A stretch of DNA of 64,000 nt from Owenia fusiformis (taxonomy: Eukaryota). Of the stretch, positions 34,948 to 49,908 are shown one piece after another. The notes below the pieces were generated by a model, which was not told the origin of the DNA, made no database searches, and saw nothing but the letters and a program-made list of their open reading frames with translations. The stretch's first letter is position 1, and the number at the start of each line of letters is the position of its first letter. Location of the stretch: positions 8,246,001 to 8,310,000 of the forward strand of contig CAIIXF020000001.1 in NCBI GenBank assembly GCA_903813345.2, written 5' to 3'. The position numbers were made by a program, and so were the translations under genes.

Positions 34948-37900
34948 GAGAGGTTAAGCTTTGCATATATAATCGAAACTGAACCTGTACGTATCACTCG
35001 ACCATATACAGGCCTCCTAGACTTCCAACAACGCGAACATCAGTTCTGATACCGCGAACTACGTTCCTTGCACTCGAACCACGAATCTTATATCGCGAAC
35101 GTGAAATCTTATATCGCGCACCACCATTTCCTTGTTTCCGAACATATTTCTTGTACCTCGAACAGAGATCCGTTACCGCGAACAATTTGTACTGGCATAA
35201 TACATCCGGGTGTTTGGGATTCCAAGTTACATGATTGTATATACCATGCAACGGAGTGAAACAAGGAAACGAAATTCAGTTTCTCCTCCGCTTTCGCCGG
35301 ACTTTCGTTCCTATGAAAAGCATGCACTTGCATGTTAGATGTCCCATTCGTCACTGTATTTTGAAACGTAATCTTAAGATTAACATCCACGCCCCGAGTT
35401 GTCAGTTCTTTAAATGATGTGTCAAAGGAAAGCACTGCGTCCCACAGTCATTCATTTTTGGGATCAGAGAGTATCTGCGCACGGTGTGGTGTAATAGGAG
35501 ATGTCATTTGTAAAAGCGATATTTTTTTCCTTTTTATGACCGCCATTTTTTCAGACAAGTTTCTAAAATTTTAAAGATTGTAAGCAATATATTGGGCACA
35601 TTTTCTGAAAAATTCAAAAGACTCTGTTCATTGACCTTTCCTATGCTCCTACTTAAAGCTATTTACAGTGACCTTTTCAGAGGACTGAAAAAGTTATTTC
35701 ATCATGTCATGATCCTGGTCACACTGCATCATGCGACCTTTAACTACAAGGTTTACTTTTATACAGTACACTTACATTGTAGTAATCAGTTATAGCTGTA
35801 TTCTGTGTAGATGCACTGGCCCGCCCCTCCCGCTGAGATGGGCCCAGAAAAAAGGGTCCGACATTTTAGCGCTCCACATGTCTTGGGTCAGATATCGTCC
35901 TGGTTGCTGAAGTCAGGAATTTTTGGGGAACATGGGGCAAAACGGCCCTCATAATAGTTTGATCCGTGCAGAGGTTTTTCTAATCTGTCAATCATCGCGA
36001 ACTTTCATGTTCCATCTTATGAAGGGATTATATTTCACATTTTCTGTGATTTTTCAGAGCGTTCGAAAATAATGTTGAGAGGAGGGCAAAATGGCCCATG
36101 GGTGGGGCAGAACACCCCACAATGAAAGCTTCGGTTTTAAAACCAAGATTAATTAACTACAGGACTCGTCAACACACATTTATTTCAGACGGTCAAAGAT
36201 TAGACAGATAAAGTATTCTTAGCCCTTACCCTAAAATTACGATTTAGTAGTCATTTGATATGTTTTGAAACAAAAACCAAGTGTTAAAATCTTTATCAGG
36301 ATGATAGATTGTTATTTTCCTGTATGTAAACAGTTAATCCCATAAGCCGTAATGGGGGAGGGGGCAACATTTAAGTTAAGTTTTCATCTAAAACGTTGAC
36401 AGGCAAAGGGAAGCATCTTCAAATTATCAGTAGCTGGAGCGACAGATATAGCACATCAAGTATTCTATAAAATCAGGAATATTGTACATAGGGTAACTCA
36501 TTTCTTTATTATGATGCAATCATCGGCTCAAATGGACAAATTTGGAAAAATGCTGGTAAAGAGAAAGAAGATATTCTGGATTTTGAAGCCCTGTGATCGG
36601 AGGATGTCACTAATTTGGCCATACGTGTTGTTACTCAAAAGTCAGGTTTTTGTTGTTATTACCCAGCCCTTTCACTGAAAATGTCAATGCGCGTGATTGC
36701 AAGGTAGTCCCAATATCTTGTGTTTCCTAGAGCTTGAAAATACTGTTATCGTCAATGATTGGATATTCATTCACATGCATGAAAAACTGGGAAAATATTT
36801 CTTCCGCATTCCACATGAAAACACCTCTTTGGAATTACACTTATGCGTAATAATACGAACAAAATTACGGACTTTTTTCGATCAGATGCGTGGTTCGCGG
36901 TAACGGATCTTTGTGCGAGGTACAAGAAATATGTTCGGAAACAAGGAAATGGTGGTGCGCGACATAAGATTTCACGTTCGCGATATGAGATTCGTGGTTC
37001 GAGTGCAAGGAACGTAGTTCGCGGTATCAGAACTGATGTTCGCGTTGTTGGAAGTCTAGGAGGCCTGATATACAAATTCATGTAGCCTTCTCATATAAAT
37101 AGCCGTTCAAATCCAGTGTTTGTTTAGACTACACCATAGCGTGTAATGATTCTATAGTATGTCATTGATGCGGTTTTATAGCTGGTTTTCTAGTACATAT
37201 TTTAAACGAGCTCGTTTCGTAAGATTTTTGGCGCTAAATCATGCATGACATACATCATCGTGTTCAGCAAGAATTCAACTGTGCATCGAAATCAAAATTG
37301 ACAGCATAGTGTCCAATAGACACGAGTAAAATGGTTCCCGTTGACCCAACGTCAAATTTCAAATCTCCCGTTCTAAACCCGAAACTCTGAAGCTGAAAGA
37401 ATATCTGAAGTAGACTAAGCGCGCATAAAACTATGAGCGCTCGATACATTCCTTTGTTAATTTTTGTACTTTGCGTTCACGGTTACGTTGTGAAAGACAT
37501 CGGAGAGGTTAAGCTACCGTATAAAATCCAGAACGCAACTTAAACGTATCAATGGCCCCTATACAAATACATGTAGAGTTCACACATAAATAGCCGTTCA
37601 GCTCTAGTGTTTGTTTAGACTACACCATAGCTTGTAATGATTACATAGTATGCCATTGATGAAGTTCAATAGCTGGTTTTCTAATACATATTTTAAACGA
37701 GCTCGTTTCGTAAGATTATTGGAGTTAAATCATGCGTTACATACATCATCTTCTTCAGAAAGAATTATACTCTGCATCGAAATCAAAATTGAAAGGATAG
37801 TATTCAACAGACATGAGTATAATGATTCCCGTTAATAGCAACGTGAAATATGTAAATCTCCCGTTCTAAACACGCAACTTTGAAGTTGAACGGGTATCTG

Positions 37901-38011
37901 AAGTAGACTAAAGCGATACAATCCTATGTTGATTCAATGTACTTTGCGTTTACGTATACGTTTTGAAAAACCGTATTTGCTTAACCTCTCTACTGTTAGC
38001 TTAACCTCTCC
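34948..38011. mobile_element. Tandem pair of Harbinger/ISL2EU-like MITEs (GAGAGGTTAAGC ends), first copy interrupted
   Basis: Unit 1 = 34948-35008 + 37073-37500; unit 2 = 37502-37990. Ends GAGAGGTTAAGC / GCTTAACCTCTC. Confidence 0.65.
35009..37067. mobile_element. CAGG...CCTG element with 5-bp TSD and ~175-bp TIRs (hAT5-like?)
   Basis: ATATA|CAGGCCTCCTAGACTTCC ... GGAAGTCTAGGAGGCCTG|ATATA with near-identical TIRs. Confidence 0.85.
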
Positions 38012-38904
38012 AGTAATAACAAATGAATCCAACCACTCTAAAATGCAAAGAGCATATTATTAGAATTCACATGGTAAACTCTTACACTTGGCTGATCATA
38101 ATTATTTGTCATAACATCCTTAACCATAGGTATGTTGGTTTTGTGGTGTTGGTAATTTAAAAGCAGAAGATCTGGTGAAATATACATTTTCGTTCGGCGG
38201 GTTATTGATTTTGCTTCATTTATCAAGTCAGATCAGGTATTTCGGTTAAACCAATCACTGAAACATTTTGCCAAATGATTCTTGAGTCTCTTATACAGCA
38301 TATGGAATACCATATATAGGTAAAATAATATAACAGTAGTAAAGAAAATAGAAAACAAACATACCTTTCCTCCGACATTTAGAATTTTGCGGATCTTGTC
38401 GAGTCATTACTCATGCACTTGTAAATAATAGGCGATCACTGTTTATACGGTGCATATAACCATACAAATCTGCAACGTGCATTTTCAATATTTACAAAAT
38501 GTATTTTCTGTAAATATTGAAGCCGAAAACAATTGCTCTCTTTTAATGCTTTAATGCTTGCTATTTGTAATCGTTTTTATGCTGCTTTCTACAGAAGGTA
38601 AGTCATTAAGCTCAAATACATTATTTTCAGAAAATAAGGTCCGTGTTTTTGTCCATCAATAATGTTAAGAACAGGTGTCAAGGATTCATTATCCCACCGA
38701 ACGGAGTGCTTAATAGGGATATATCGAGAAGCCGTCCGTAAGATCAAAACGTTTAACCCACCTACGCGCAGTCTCAAGTCTGTGGAGCCTGGAGAAAGGA
38801 AAATTAAGATCACCATCAAATACAAGACAAACAAGACAAAGAACGAAAACAGTAAAGAAGAAAGAAGACAACGAATGAAGACACCGATGCAGCAGCAACA
38901 AATG

Positions 38905-39690
38905 ACATCCGTTCGTTTGTTCGTCAGTCCGTTTGTTCGTTCATGTGTACGGGCAATAACTAAAATATTTGTCAAGTGATTTAGCTCAAATTTTATAGGC
39001 TTACGCATTTTGGATGTAGAACATTTGCTTGAGAGGAAATGTTGAATATGGCTGCCGAATTCGAAATGGCCGCCATTTTTTAAAAATGTAATCTTTAATA
39101 TAAATCAAATACTGGTTGACAGATTTACCGATGCCTGAGGGACAGAGCGGCTCTATTAATGAGAGAATTTTCAAGATGGCTGCTGAATTCAAATTGGCCG
39201 CCATTTTAAAATTGTAGTATTTAGTAAATCACCTGGTTGATAGTTTAATTCAGCATCAGCAAATTTGCTGATGCCTATAGAACAGATGAGCTCTATTAAA
39301 GAAGGAATTTCCAGGACAAGATGGCTGCTTAATTCAAATGGCCGCCATTTATCGAAAAATGCAATCTTTGATAACTCAAATACCAGTCAATGGATTTGGT
39401 TAATATTTTGTATGCTTGCGTCTTTGGGACATTTGGAACTCTACTAGACTCACGGAGATATTTGGCGATGCCTTATGGACAAATGACGCTTCTCAAGAAG
39501 GAAATTTCGAGATGGCTGTTGAATTTAAAATGGTAAACATTTTCCAGGAAAAATATTGTTTTCATGGTAATTTTAAGGGCTAATGCCTCATTGCCATATA
39601 ATCATGTATAATAAGACCTCTCTAAATAAGGAATTTATAATTACATGGGTGGAGATTTTGCAGGAGGATGTATATTGCAATTAAAGTTTT
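38905..39690 (+). mobile_element. HINE/Helentron-like element body
   Basis: GTTC/GTCC microsatellite followed by ~120-bp subrepeats each containing ATGGCTGC.GAATTC.AAATGGCCGCCATTTT. Confidence 0.5.
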
Positions 39691-42236
39691 TTCCTTTTCA
39701 AATAGTTTGGACTTGCCTGACCTGTTTGACCTCCTCAATCATGTTATTTTCAAAATAACGAAAGAATTTATGAAATGATATATTTTGTTCGGTGGGATTT
39801 GCTTCTCCGGGAGTTGCTGTTCTTGTTTTTCGGTAGTAATTTCTAAGATAGATCCATTTCAAGAGGATAGTTTGAAATGTTGAAGAAAGTACAAGGTAAG
39901 CCAAAAATAACTAACCAAAACATATTTCAATAACTCGGTCATTCGGGATCGGGGTTTAATTCATATTTGATACAAATGAACCTGGTTTAATGTTCTTTCA
40001 TCCTAGTAAGTTGCGCTGGTCTTTTTCAAATGGTCATGATTTCATGGTCATTTTTCAAACCACTCCAAACTTCAAATGCCAAAACATGCCAAAATCACCA
40101 AATATGAACCCCGATAGTTTTATCGTTGGGGGAATTACAAATATAATGTCTACACTAATAACCCTAGAAGCATCAGAGAGTTGAAACAAGAGATTAGAAG
40201 ACAATGAGAGCCATTACACCTGGTCAAATTTGCTTCTAGAAACGAGGTCGGCATTTTGAGCGTTGTTTTGTAAATGAAACTTGGTGGAATGAAAGAACAT
40301 TGAACAAGGTTTAACTGTACCAAATATGACTTAAAACCCATTATGGATAACTGAGTTATTAAGATTTGTTTGGGCTGCCTTTTTTGGCTCACCTTGTAGT
40401 TTAAATTGATGGATGGCTGGCTGAGTATACCCGCGCACCATTGTTCATTCGAAGGGTGGGGCAACAGTTAACGAGGCATCGAGTAGTTAAGTTGATTCAG
40501 GGAAACAGTCAAGCCTCGAGTAGGTTGATTGATGCCTACGTTAAATCTCAGTTCAACATTGTTCACTGATGATCGCAATTAGTTACTGTCACGTTGAGTG
40601 ACTTTCGTAATTATTATCAGGAGGAGAAAACTGCAACAACTCGAATTCCACTTGAAACGCTGTACGTTGGTACAAAGATGAATTAAGATCGATCGTTCAG
40701 TGTTTTTTAAGTCGATATCCGAGTGATAAAAATAAGAATATCTTCCCAAAATGTAAAAAAATGCAATTAACCTTGAGTGTTTTTTCAGGATGTTGATTCA
40801 AAATGGCGTAGTGGATTGTATATTTTGATTGGTGCGAAGATAAACTGGAAGATGAATTGATAGACCCCAGCTATCGCTTCGGGTCAAAATGCCAAAACCT
40901 AAATTATCTCTTCATGTATTTTAGACATACTCGTATAACATCTACACAAGGTACTTGTTTCCCATGTTGAAGTTCTGTCTAATTTTTAACACTGGCCATG
41001 TTTTTTAAACAAATGGTTCTATAGTATTTTCCACAACAATACCTTTGAACTAAGTACTATCTGATACCTAAAGATACGCAGTTGAAGATGTGTCGCAACC
41101 ACAGCCATCAGAGTCGTGATAAAGGCCCACGACATGCATGCGCCCTCTGTCATCTGAGCATTGGCACGTAAAATACTACTATATCATGTCACTGAATCAA
41201 CAATATCAACGCTTATTAGTTCAAAACAAGTTGTACCTTGATTGTCTTTCTCATAAAATACCTAGCCGTAGCCATGCCAAGTTGGGTTCAGAAAGCTCGC
41301 CTCGAAATAACAATTTGCAAATAAATAGACTGATTATGTTTTGCTATTCCATATAATTGAGCTATTACATTATTATTCATTTCTCAAATCCCCGTGTAGC
41401 ATACTAGAATCATATGGGTAATTGGAAATCTGTAAAAGTTACAACCAATCATTGTTCATTGTTTCGTGCTGTGACAGCATAAAAAGAAATAACATAATAT
41501 TAGGGTGGTCATCTTGACGAATGTATGGTCATATTTTAAACGCCATAAATATCTTCTTTTGACCAAAGTCATCTTATCGGCGTTAAAATAATTCTATCCT
41601 ATTAGCGTTAAAAATACATTTTGAGGGAGTTCTAATTCTAGATGGCGTGTTACGTTAAGTTGTTTAACGGCGCGCCTTTTAAGTATGACAATGTTGTTCC
41701 AGATGGCCATCTTCGACTTACAAGGTGTTATGAAGCTGGAGCAACTGGAACCTTGTGGCCACACGTGATTATACTCGTACTGTATTTGGTTCACATTTCT
41801 AAATGACTTCTTTGTCCTTTCCAGAGTTTCAAACAAAATGATTGTTGGGTCGTATGAAAGACATTAACATTAATCGAGGCAACATTTTTAGTACGAGCTT
41901 TACGATGAAAGTCTGATTCTGATTCTGCATATAGGTGAACATCCCGTATTCATGTTCTTCGTTCTGATCTGTATTAATCGCAAGTATTATCTTCACTAAA
42001 ATATTGTAATTTCTAAAATAAGTCAAGGACAAATATATGCTGGTGAATTCATTTGATAATACGGTAAATGTCATAAAGGAGCACATAGGTTATCGCAAAC
42101 AATTTCAAACGATTCTAACTTGAATTATGAATATTTTCTGATCATGAACATGGGTGTACCTTTTAGATGCATTCATTATCTTCAAGAAAAAGTATATATA
42201 ATGATAATTTAGTTAATCAGACCTAAGTGATATTGA

Positions 42237-42635
42237 AGGGGCAATGGACCAATCAACATACCTTTTCAAAAATGTTGATCTAATTTTCACCAAAAATGCA
42301 ACCTTTTATTATATTGTTGAATGCATAATTAGAATGTGCTTTGAGACATGTTCGATTTCGTAAAAGGAAAAGTTGATTGCTCCAGGGACTTTAAAGATAC
42401 TGAATTTGGATGACCAAAATGAACTGAAACCAATGGATAGCATGAGATTTTTCAATTGAGAAATAACATGGGGAACACTTATCTTAAAGCAATTAAGTTT
42501 TTCTTTTGAGAACTATTTGATACATCAAAATAAAAAATAGTAATGCATTAAACATTGTAATAAATGATTGCATTTTTGGTGAAAATGGGGTCAACATCTT
42601 TGAAAAAGTGTGTTGATGGGTTGATTGCTAGTTAA
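42237..42635. mobile_element. Old palindromic MITE (Kolobok-like)
   Basis: 42241-42330 is an imperfect reverse complement of 42541-42630. Confidence 0.5.
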
Positions 42636-45600
42636 ATATCTGCGAGATTGTTTGACTTTATTATTACTGTATATAATTTTCTTTGAGATAATGAATTGAT
42701 CTAAAAGATAAACCTGTCTTCATTGTCAGAAAATAGTCATAATCCAATATATAACCTTCTGAAATTGTTTGCGATAACCTACGTGCTCCTTTAAAGTTAT
42801 TATGAATAGCAGGGTACCTATGACTGAACCTTTTTAAATTGAGCGGCCATATAAAAAGTTCCTTCTCAAGCAGAGGTTCTACACCCATAATAAAATTTGA
42901 ACCAAAATCCGCCAACCAGTATTTCAGTTAGCCCCTGGGCACACAAACAGATGAACGGACGAATGGACGGACGACTTTGGTTTCAGTTGCTATGAAGTTC
43001 TTAGTGACCTAACATCATGAACTTTCTCTCAACAATTGCTTTGACAGGTCAGACAACACATATATTCGTCTGTTCCTATTAAATCTTTAGAAAGCTAAAA
43101 CTGGAAAATGGCGTCAATGTCAACAAAATCAATGATGCCCTGAAATTATTGCTCTGCTGTCTATTACCAAATTAATTCGTGAAATAGCAAAGTATTGGTA
43201 CATAAACATCACAATAGACATTTTAGATCATTTTCTAGAAATATATTTCATTTTATTCTTTATCCTTGTGGAATAAATAATTTTGATGAATTGGAATTAC
43301 AGAATAAACATGTTAATATATCTATAAATATTCCCTTTGTACATGCTAACTAATAAATTTCAGTGATTTGTAACAATAATTTATTGGAGCTTGCAACATT
43401 GAATAAAGTACAATTGCGGAACTCAGTAGTCATTAAATCAGATTAACTCGTTTATCTTAATGAATATATCCTATTCAATTGTCCATTATTTATGATGCAT
43501 AAAATAGTTATTTACTCTGAGGGATATGATATAGGGAATATCCCAAAGATAAATACTGTAAATCCAGTGAATGAAGGAAATATTGAGAGTATACCATAAT
43601 CAAGAGCAATATCTACCTAAAAACCCCTATCTGTCAATAGTGTTGGTTTAGTCTACTTTAGACGCCTGAAAATAAAAATGAAATGAAGTCTCCCCCGAGG
43701 ATTCCCTCGAGGAATAATAAACACATTGAGAAATATCGCTGGTAGATATACGTATCATCCAGATAGGTTTCAATCACAGATATATCTTGATACTGCTCTG
43801 GTAATGGTATTCTAACAGTCTTTCCATGGTGTAAATTAAAATACAGGCACTGTACAGTGTACATTACACTAACAGATACTATTTGAAATAACCTTATGCT
43901 TTTAATATTTTTAAATTGAGTATTTTTACAATGTCTCATTTTGTAGAAGAACCCTACAATGACATCCAGGATTTACATAAATTCTTAATAACTCCAGTTA
44001 AAACTGCAGCTGTTTGTTTTTTGAATAACAAATAAAAATTGTTTTTCCATTCTCACACACAAAACTCTTAAATGTCATTACAAAATGTTAAAGAATAGAA
44101 TTTTTCTCATAATGTAAACACTCACTGAGTGTTCATAATTGGATCTATTGCACTTGTTTCAGATACTGCAAATACAAGCTTTATAACGATCATGTTTGTT
44201 AAGAGGCTTTGAGCATCTTAGTACATAATAGGATTTAGGATCTATGCTCTCTACCATACATGAGCTTTCTCACAATACTAATTAACAACTCACTGGGATT
44301 TATATTACAACCTTTAGAATTAAATCAGTAGCCTAGCCATTCACTGCTAAATAAAAAATAAATCCAATGAGGAATATTATAGGCTACACATATTTTATCT
44401 ATTACATAAAAATTGTCATTGGATCATGTGTCTAGTCTGATGATCATTCTACACAGTGGCTTCAAAAGCTGAGAGACACTGTTAATTTAATTCCAGACAT
44501 TGGGATAATATGATTTTCGTATTAATGCCTGCTATTTTATCCACATCTTAAAAGACAAAGCTGACATTAACAAAATGTGTACTTTAACTTCTAAGACAGT
44601 AAATAACACAACAAAGATTTGATTTCCAAGGTATTTTCTTGATCTTTACTTGATCTTACCGACTCATTAATTTTATAATAAATCGTGCATTTCACTGACT
44701 TAAGGGTCCTTATGAGCAATCAAACAGTTCATCAATTCACATAATGTTCAAGAATTTGAATGGAAGCTCGTATTTTAAGAGATTACTCAAAATTGAACAG
44801 TTAAATGTTGGGTAAGGTATTACATAAGGGTTACATAAGGCACTTGAGTAAATGAATAAAAGCAGCAGGGATGAAAAATATAAGGTGAGATTACTTCACA
44901 ATTGAATCTAAAATGTGTACCAGAGACAAACTTTCTAATATTAACGTCACAGCATTGTTGTCTCGCGGAAAATTAGATCAAAATTGACTAAGTTATAATC
45001 ATTTTGACGAGAATTTCATTTTCTAATAAAATCTCTGGCTTAAAAATTCCCCCAAAAAATAGATCTCTATTTACAAAATGGTTACATATATCCCAGGACA
45101 TGTAATGATTAAAAATGCATTGCTTCAAATTGTGAGCCAATTGAATAAAATGGATTCGCCAATAAATCACTGTTGTATTTACTTGAGCTCATGTATCTGT
45201 CACTTATTTCAAGATTCAGTATACATCACTAATGAAAAACAATCATATGAAACCTTGGTTTTTAGCAATTAGTCTACAATTCAAGAGTACATACAGTACA
45301 GTTACAACATACAGTTGTATACATGGAATGTTAAAACATTGTAATTGGTTTATCCTCAATTTGACTTTTTCCGCAGAGTTTCAACAGAAACAGGCAGAGT
45401 TAAATAAAGCATAAAATTTATATCATCTAAAGCACAAGATACCTATACAAAAAATTATGGTTGATGGTGCTCTTCCGATTAGTAATAATATGTATGAGAC
45501 AAGTACAGTTGTCAATCTGAATAAATATATACTGTTTATATACCGGGGCTGTATTATTAATTTTTCATATTCATAACCATTATAAATACAATGTATATCA

Positions 45601-45798
45601 TAATATATAAACAAACATATAAATTTGATATAAATCACCAAATCTCAAAATAAAGCACACAATAAGTAGAGTAGTGAGTATTGTATCGTGGGTGTAATCC
45701 CTTTGCCTTATATTCCCTTATACCTTATATAATTTCTTTTAGACTAAATAAAATAAATACCATATCGTAAAGTATCAATTATTTTTTCGTAGTGTATT

Positions 45799-45905
45799 CA
45801 GGACCATAGCCAAGAGGAAGGGGGTTTCGAGCAGACCCAAAATGTGAACTCCCCCTAATATTTTTGGAAGTGAACCCCCCTTGGCAAAAACTGGCTATGA
45901 ACCTG
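45799..45905. mobile_element. Short TIR MITE in the probable SLC7A 3'UTR
   Basis: CAGGACCATAGCCA ... TGGCTATGAACCTG, related to 23860-23929. Confidence 0.5.
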
Positions 45906-46348
45906 GTAACCAATGATAACCGATTTTTTATCTAAAGATAACAGTAGCCAATGTTACTGAATGTAACACTTTTGTCCATTTCTAGAATATTTTTAACTAA
46001 GTTATGGTAAGTGTGTGGAACTTAGAACTTTCTCAATATTGGAATGTGTTTAACAATGTTCCCCCAGGAATGTTCCATCCTTGACGAGAGGCTCAATATA
46101 TACCTTAATATAAAATCAAATTTGATCAATATTGCAGAGCAGATTTGATGTCCAAAAACTATTCAGTTCTAGATTTCTATACCAAGAACTTAAAACCATC
46201 TCTGAAAATATATCACATGACTGTACCAATTCTTCTTCAATATGTAGATAAGACAATGCAGACAACATTTAAAGATTGGAAATTGGCAATAGTATCTAAT
46301 GTTTCTCCTAAATTGCAAAGATCAATGTGATGTGTGGTATTTCTCATC

Positions 46349-46530
46349 TCAATTCTTAATTAAACTAGTCCTTTCTGTATCCTTGGACTGCTGAGAAGCT
46401 ACAATTGCATCCCCTGGAGTATTTTCATCTACATCCTCCTGATTAAAGTGTCCGTTCCTAAGTTTGGAAGGTGGCCTTTCTGTCTCTATGTTACTGTGCC
46501 ATATGCCATAGCAGAAGTAGATCAACATAC
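46349..46530 (-). CDS. SLC7A1/2/3-like: Cationic amino acid transporter, last exon
   Basis: ttttcag acceptor, phase 1. GMLIYFCYGIWHS...TSLIKN* matches the CAT C-terminal IYFGYG..HS motif. Confidence 0.92.
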
Positions 46531-49500
46531 CTGAAAAATAACACAATAAAATATAGCATTGCATGAACAAATAATGAATAGGGAACCAACACTAACCAAT
46601 TCTGTCAGAAGATATGAACTCATGGATGGGAAAGATTTGACTCGTTCCTAACGTCCAATATATTTAATTTCAAAGCATTTACGATAAATCTCCTATTGTG
46701 AAGAAGTTCACTTGGTAGATTATTGACAAATTACATTCAAGACAATTCCACCTACACTCACTGCCAATATATCAGACTTTAAGTTATTTCAGATAGTGTA
46801 GGTGGAAGTGTCTTGATTCAATGTGTGTTTAATATGGAAAACAACCAAAACCCATTAAATCAGGTGAAAGAAGTAGGAGTAACAGTTTCATACTTTTTTC
46901 CCCTTTTTGAGTAACAAAGGGACACAGTTGATGTTCCTACTTAATAGTTTCTTCCCATTAGGTCATATTTTAAAAGTAAAAAAAAGAGATGGTGCATGCA
47001 ACAGGATAGCTAAACTGTGGCTGTAGTTAGGGGAGTGTTCTGGAGACTCATAATTTCATTAACAAAATATTTTCCCTAAACATCTTCCATTTTAAAATAA
47101 TGGGTGGAAATTGGCATTTAATTTGATTTTTTTTAAATCAAAATTTGTATTTTTCGAGCTCCACTGGAAACTATGGGCCCCTCTAGATGAAATCTAGTGA
47201 TAGGCCTAAACATGCATGGAGTATAGAAATCTCAAGAAAGAACCAAAACAGTGACAACCACAAATGATAAAACAATCAGCGAGAAGGTAAACAATGATAA
47301 TGGGGCTACAAAATATAGGAAAACAAATATTTCATAGCCAATTTAGCATGGACAATCAGTTTATAGTTTACAATTTGTTGTTGTTTTCAGTGATACACGT
47401 CATGAGTCACATTAAACTGTTCTAATATTGTGTTGTGATTGATGGCTGTAAATAGTAATTGGAGTTCAGTATAATTTCTGTTAAAAGGTGATAGTTTTAG
47501 CAAATAGCATTTGATGATAGAGCTATAAGCTCTTGAACAAGTTAGCCAATACATGTAATTTGAGAAAACATTAGAAAACCTTTACTGTTTTGTCACTTAA
47601 CAAGGCCACAAAACTAGATTAAGAATTCATGGAATTTTAAAAAAACAAAAACATATTTACAGAAATTCGTATTACAATTTAGACATGATATTGCTACAAA
47701 TCTGTTTAAATAGTATGTTCATTAATTAAATATGGGGCAATTTTGATAGTCTGAAAATTAGGAAAATTGTTTTTAATTTGTGTTGAAAGTAGAATAATTA
47801 AATATTCTGAGATTAAGATGTAAAAACTGTAAATATAATAGAATGGTCTCCTTTGTAATTGAATTCATGGAGTCTTTGAAATGTTTAATAATAAAAGACT
47901 TGTACCAGGATTAAATCATAAATAACTTAAAAGGGTGAAGGATAAGAGGTATAACCTTTAAGAAGACTGTAAACTTCAAGATTCTTTAATGATTAACTGC
48001 CCGATCTTTATTAGCAAAGCATGTTTAGTCGACGAGACAAAGGATGGAAAAGAATCGTTCCTATAAAATGCTCGTATATAAAATGATATCTGGGAAAATG
48101 TCTACTTATATAAGAACTTACGAGTTCAAAGATGTCATAGTAACATTTAAGGCTGAATTTATAACCTAATGGTCAATGGTATTCATTTTTAATGGATTTT
48201 ATGTGCTAATGAGACACAAAGAAAAATGTCATCATATACAGAGATAAATGAACCATAATATCCGCTTTCAAATCTGACAACCCTGGGGTCAATATTATGC
48301 ATTTCTAAAATATTTTATCATATGTTATGTGCCCGTTAAACAAAAAGAAATATGCTATCATCTAGAGATAAATGAACCAACTCATCTGATAAATTTAGTG
48401 AAAACTTCTGTGGGAAAATGAGCCTCAATAAGCTAATTTAGAGAACAATGGCATTAAACATAATTCAAACTGAAAACATTGCAACAAATTCTAAATACTC
48501 TGAAGACTAAAACTGAAAGAACGTTCTGATGCAGATAAGCCTGTTTTACTCTTACAATAGCAAAGTGTCAGAACGATTATTCCACTCTTCTGTTTCTTTA
48601 ATTAATGATTCATTCAAGACTAGTTAAGCGTACGTAGACACAAAAAACAAGTAGGATTTCTTTTTGTATTACGTGGACCAACTCATAAGAACAACTCACT
48701 TACATTCGATTAAATACACGGACCTAGCTATCCTGGCTATTTTCAAAATAATTAATTTATGATGCTTGAAAGGATGTGGAGGAATAATTGGCAAAATGCA
48801 TCAATGAAAATCTCATCCAACAGTGCCTTGTACTTGAGCTTGATTGGCTAATTCAGATTATTTATATCACTTAAGTATAGTGGGATGTGATGTCCTTCAT
48901 CGAAGTATTCCAAAACATACATGTTATACAAATAGGGTTCCATCTATCTTACCACGAATAATTCATCAATGTAAGCAAATTAGATGTATCTAACAAATGA
49001 TGAATATCCTTTAAATTTGTTTATGATAGACTGGACAAGAAAGGTGGATAGAGGACAGACACAAGTTCAATAACACTGTCTCTTGGGAGGTTTACGTAAA
49101 GCGTTCACTATCAGCTTATCTAATTAGACTGTCTCCGAGGGCTAATCTTTAAAAAACAATTGCGTTTTATTGACCTGGATTTTGCCATTAGGGTTGATCT
49201 AGACAAATTTGCAATCTGTCCACAACTTAGTCGCCTGTTATTGTTCGGAATTTTTCTGATAACATTAATCTAATTCTTCATTTGATGCTCAGAGAAAACA
49301 TCTCAGTGAACGGCTACTCGATGTCACATAATACAAGATAAAATAAAACACAAAAATGTACTTCTAATAAGAAGAGATTTTCCAAGCATTTCAGGGAAAG
49401 TACAAATAATGTAATATTCAGGTCTTTGTATAAGTAATCCACTAATGTTTCCTAATACATGTACATATAGCAGAAGCATTTCTAGGACTTGGAAAGATAC

Positions 49501-49799
49501 CCATGATCATCAATCACCAAATGTAAACCCCTTTGATGGACTTCTCTATTACATTCCTATCTCTAGCTCTTTTTAAACTTCTCTTGTTTCTAAATCAAAT
49601 CACTGCATCGACTATTACAGTAAAACATGTTTAGAGTTAATGCTGCTTTGATGAGTTTTTGTGTTCACAAAGAAAGGTTTTCCCAATAGAGCTTCTGAGA
49701 TCAGTGAAGTCAATAAGGTATCCAAGAAAAGAAAGCTAAATATTCAATTATTTGTGTTAAAAGGGGGGGGGGTCTTAAATTAAGTTAATACAATGTTAC

Positions 49800-49908
49800 C
49801 TAAAACCATCCAAATTGCAAATCTTATCCACGTCTGAGAGGAGAGTTTCAGCATCAGGTATGTGTTTACAAATATACTGATAAAAGGAAGGAATGGAAGA
49901 AAAGGAAC
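49800..49908 (-). CDS. SLC7A1/2/3-like: Cationic amino acid transporter exon
   Basis: [37 protein letters not shown]; canonical ag/gt, 109 nt. Confidence 0.93.

Larger units (their letters stand above)
33828..38452. repeat. Pair of ~75-bp inverted repeats with CAC...GTG ends, no TSD
   Basis: 33828-33903 (CACTGTATGTACAGTGATCGCCTAT...) is the reverse complement of 38378-38452. Flanks TGTTT and CATAT differ. Confidence 0.6.

Noticed and set aside
34994-37085. Two similar ORFs (..RYKKYVRKQGNGGAR..) on opposite strands
   Set aside because: They are the two TIRs of one transposon. The RYKKY match to ZGLP1 is coincidental.
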